This document shows positions 61,624 to 64,000 of a stretch of 64,000 bases of DNA, piece after piece. The DNA is from Planctomycetota bacterium (GTDB lineage Bacteria; Planctomycetota; UBA1135; UBA2386): the NCBI GenBank assembly GCA_046290465.1, contig JBKAGP010000001.1, forward strand, positions 1,312,001 through 1,376,000, in the 5' to 3' direction. How positions within the stretch are numbered: position 1 is the stretch's first letter; the number at the start of each line of letters is the position of its first letter. The position numbers were made by a program, and so were the translations under genes. Under the pieces are notes generated by a model. That model ran no database searches and had not been told where the DNA came from. It worked only from the letters and a program-made list of their open reading frames with translations.

Positions 61624-62834
61624 GCGTTCCCGTCAGCGTAGCGGCCATCGCGGCCGACACCTACTGCCGCGGTCTGCCCGGCCGCCGCGACCCGGTCGAA
61701 AGCGCGGTCGAGGTCGCCGATCAGGTCGTCGACGTGCTCGATGCCGACGCTCAGCCGCACCAGCCCGTCGCCGATGCCCGCGGTCCGCCGCGCCTCGGCC
61801 GACATCGCCGCGTGCGTCATCGTCGCCGGGTGCGCGACCAGGCTCTCGACGCCGCCGAGCGACTCCGCCAGCGTGAAGCAACCCAGCCCGGCGAACAGCG
61901 CGCGCACCTCGGCCTCCCCGGCCAGTTCGAACGCCAGCATGCCGCCGAAGCCGTGCTGCTGGCGCTTGGCCAGCTCGTGGTCCGGGTGGCTCGCGAGGCC
62001 CGGGTAGTGCACGGCCAGCACCTCGGGCCGCTGCTGCAGCCAGACGGCGATCGCCTGCGCGTTCTGCTCGTGCTGCCGCATCCGGACCGCCAGCGTGCGC
62101 AGGCCGCGCAGGGACAGCCAGCTGTCGAACGGCGCACCGGTGATGCCGAGCGCGTTGGCCCACCAGACCAGCTGCTCGTGCAGCGCCGCCGCGCGCGCGA
62201 CCACGGCGCCGCCGACCACGTCGCTGTGGCCGTTGACGTACTTGGTCGTCGAGTGCACGACGAAGTCCGCACCGAGCTGCAGCGGGCTTTGGCCGACCGG
62301 CGAACAGAACGTGTTGTCGACCACGAACCACGCCCCGACCTCACGGCACTTCGCGGCGAGCGCGCGCAGGTCGACCAGCCGCAGCAGCGGATTGGACGGC
62401 GACTCGGCCCAGACGATGCGCGGCCGCCGCGCCAGCGCCGCAGCGAGCGCGCGCTCGTCGCGCTGGTCGACGAACAGCACCTCGAAGTGGCCCTTGCGCG
62501 CCAGCGCGTCGACCAGCCGCCAGGTGCCGCCGTAGCCGTCGTGCGGCACGACCAGCAGGTCCTGCGGTTCGAGCTGGTGCAGCAGCAGCGTGATCGCCGA
62601 CATGCCGGTCGAGGTCACCACCGCGCCGGCCCCGCCCTCGAGCTCGGCCAGCGCCTGCGCGAACTCGTCGCGGGTCGGGTTGCCCGAGCGCGTGTAGTCG
62701 TAGGGCCGCTTCTGGTCGAAGCCGGCGAACGAGTAGTTGGCCGACAGGTACAGCGGCGGCGCCACCGAACCGTGGGTCGGGTCGCCGTTGATGCCGCACT
62801 GCACGGCGGCCGTATGCGGGTGGCGGCGGCTCAT
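61620..62834 (-). CDS. metB: Cystathionine gamma-synthase
   Basis: YDYTRSGNPTR, ESPSNP, VDNTF, HSTTKYVNGHSD (PLP Lys), AESLGGVESL. Confidence 0.92.
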   Translation of the reverse strand: MSRRHPHTAAVQCGINGDPTHGSVAPPLYLSANYSFAGFDQKRPYDYTRSGNPTRDEFAQALAELEGGAGAVVTSTGMSAITLLLHQLEPQDLLVVPHDGYGGTWRLVDALARKGHFEVLFVDQRDERALAAALARRPRIVWAESPSNPLLRLVDLRALAAKCREVGAWFVVDNTFCSPVGQSPLQLGADFVVHSTTKYVNGHSDVVGGAVVARAAALHEQLVWWANALGITGAPFDSWLSLRGLRTLAVRMRQHEQNAQAIAVWLQQRPEVLAVHYPGLASHPDHELAKRQQHGFGGMLAFELAGEAEVRALFAGLGCFTLAESLGGVESLVAHPATMTHAAMSAEARRTAGIGDGLVRLSVGIEHVDDLIGDLDRAFDRVAAAGQTAAVGVGRDGRYADGNA

Positions 62835-63805
62835 CGCAGCGCCTCCCGGACGAACGCCGACACGGCCTTGGTCTCCTTCAGGAAGCCGTCGTGGCCATAC
62901 AGCGTGCGCAGCTCGCGGTGGCCGCGCAGGTCCGGCAGCGCCAGCGCGAGTTCGCGCACGTCGGCCGGCGGCACCAGCTGGTCGCTGTCGAACGCACACA
63001 CGAACGTCGGCACGCGCAGCTCGCGCGGATCGACGCGGTGCGCATCGATCGAGCGGTTGCAGCACAAGAACTGCTCGGCGTTCCACGCGTCGGCGAAGCT
63101 GCTGCCACGCGCGTCGAGCCAGCCGGCCAGCCGGTCGTCGTCGAGGCCGCCGTCGAAGCGCTCGCGAAGCTCGTCCGGCGAGCGGTAGGTGGTCATCGCC
63201 AACGCCCGCGCCAGTTCGAGCTCGCGCCCGCCGTCGCCGCGCCGCAGGCCGAGTTCGACGAGCTGCCGCTGCACGTGACGCCACGCGCTCGCCTGCGCGT
63301 GGCTGCGGTGCGCGGCCGCGATCGAGACCAGCCGGCCGCAGCGCCGGGGCTGCTGCGCCGCCGCCTGTTGCGCGACCATGCCGCCGTAGCTGCACCCGAC
63401 GATCGCGTGCACCTGGTCGACGCGGAGCGCGTCACAGAGCGCCCACAGCGCGCGCGCCTGGTCGCGCACGTCGACGAACGGGAACGCCTCGCCGCGGTCC
63501 GGCGTCGTCGAGTTGCCGGCACCGCCGAGCCAGTCGAACGACAGCACCTGGAAGCGCGACGTGTCGACGCCGAGGCCCGGGCCGGCGACCCCCTCCCACC
63601 AGCCGCGCTCGGGCAGGGCCGCGTGCGCGCTGACGTGGCGGTGCGCGGAGATGCCGCCGAGCACGACCACCACCGGCGCGTGCTGCGGCCCCTGCCGTTC
63701 GTAGGCCAGCACCGCTCCGTCGAGCGTGCCGCCACGGACCAGCGGGAACGGCGACGGCAGGTGGCACAGCTCGACGCCCCACGGCAACGTGATCGCGGCG
63801 CTCAT
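62831..63805 (-). CDS. metX: Homoserine O-acyltransferase (MetX-type alpha/beta hydrolase)
   Basis: LGGISA, GWW...GPG, GCSYGGM nucleophile elbow, DSDQLVP, YGHDGFLKE. Confidence 0.88.
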   Translation of the reverse strand: MSAAITLPWGVELCHLPSPFPLVRGGTLDGAVLAYERQGPQHAPVVVVLGGISAHRHVSAHAALPERGWWEGVAGPGLGVDTSRFQVLSFDWLGGAGNSTTPDRGEAFPFVDVRDQARALWALCDALRVDQVHAIVGCSYGGMVAQQAAAQQPRRCGRLVSIAAAHRSHAQASAWRHVQRQLVELGLRRGDGGRELELARALAMTTYRSPDELRERFDGGLDDDRLAGWLDARGSSFADAWNAEQFLCCNRSIDAHRVDPRELRVPTFVCAFDSDQLVPPADVRELALALPDLRGHRELRTLYGHDGFLKETKAVSAFVREALR

Positions 63806-64000
63806 CGCGACACCTCCCGCAGCTGCGCGGCCACGTCGACCCACAGCGCTTCGGCGGTGCGTTGGTAGCCGACCCCGAGGCCGGTGTGCACGCGCAGGCC
63901 CGATGGCAGTTCGTAGCCGTAGACGACCCGGTCGGCCGGCGCCGCCAGCGGCGAGCCCAGCACCACCTCCTCGAAGCCGACGCGCAGGTCGCGACCGTCG
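63802..64000 (-). CDS. Partial CDS (C-terminus), possibly homoserine dehydrogenase-like
   Basis: ...HTGLGVGYQRTAEALWVDVAAQLREVSR* resembles GxGAGxxxTAxAxxxD; ATGA overlap with metX. Confidence 0.5.
   Translation of the reverse strand, partial: DGRDLRVGFEEVVLGSPLAAPADRVVYGYELPSGLRVHTGLGVGYQRTAEALWVDVAAQLREVSR

Overview
High-GC bacterial chromosome, probably an uncultured Planctomycetota (inferred from a PVC-type heme CxxCH protein and planctomycete-style secreted proteins). Housekeeping blocks (recJ, dedA-like, polA, hisS, uup-like ABC-F, gltX on the left; crcB, uvrD/pcrA, an SSS transporter, lpxA, metB, metX on the right) flank a ~15 kb element integrated at tRNA-Ala(GGC) (att copies 30264-30287 and 45282-45305). 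The element encodes a tyrosine integrase, two AlpA-like HTH proteins, a Prim-Pol/PriCT-2/helicase fusion and unknown cargo, including three tandem paralogous ~115-aa beta-rich proteins. The top finding is missed by the ORF track. The CxxC thioredoxin-like ORF at 51376-52092(-) extends in frame to an SD-led ATG at 52305 that encodes a signal peptide followed by two adjacent UGA codons and a SECIS-like hairpin. This is a candidate exported selenoprotein with a vicinal Sec-Sec motif on a Gly-rich arm. All calls come from reading the sequence by eye; no searches were run.
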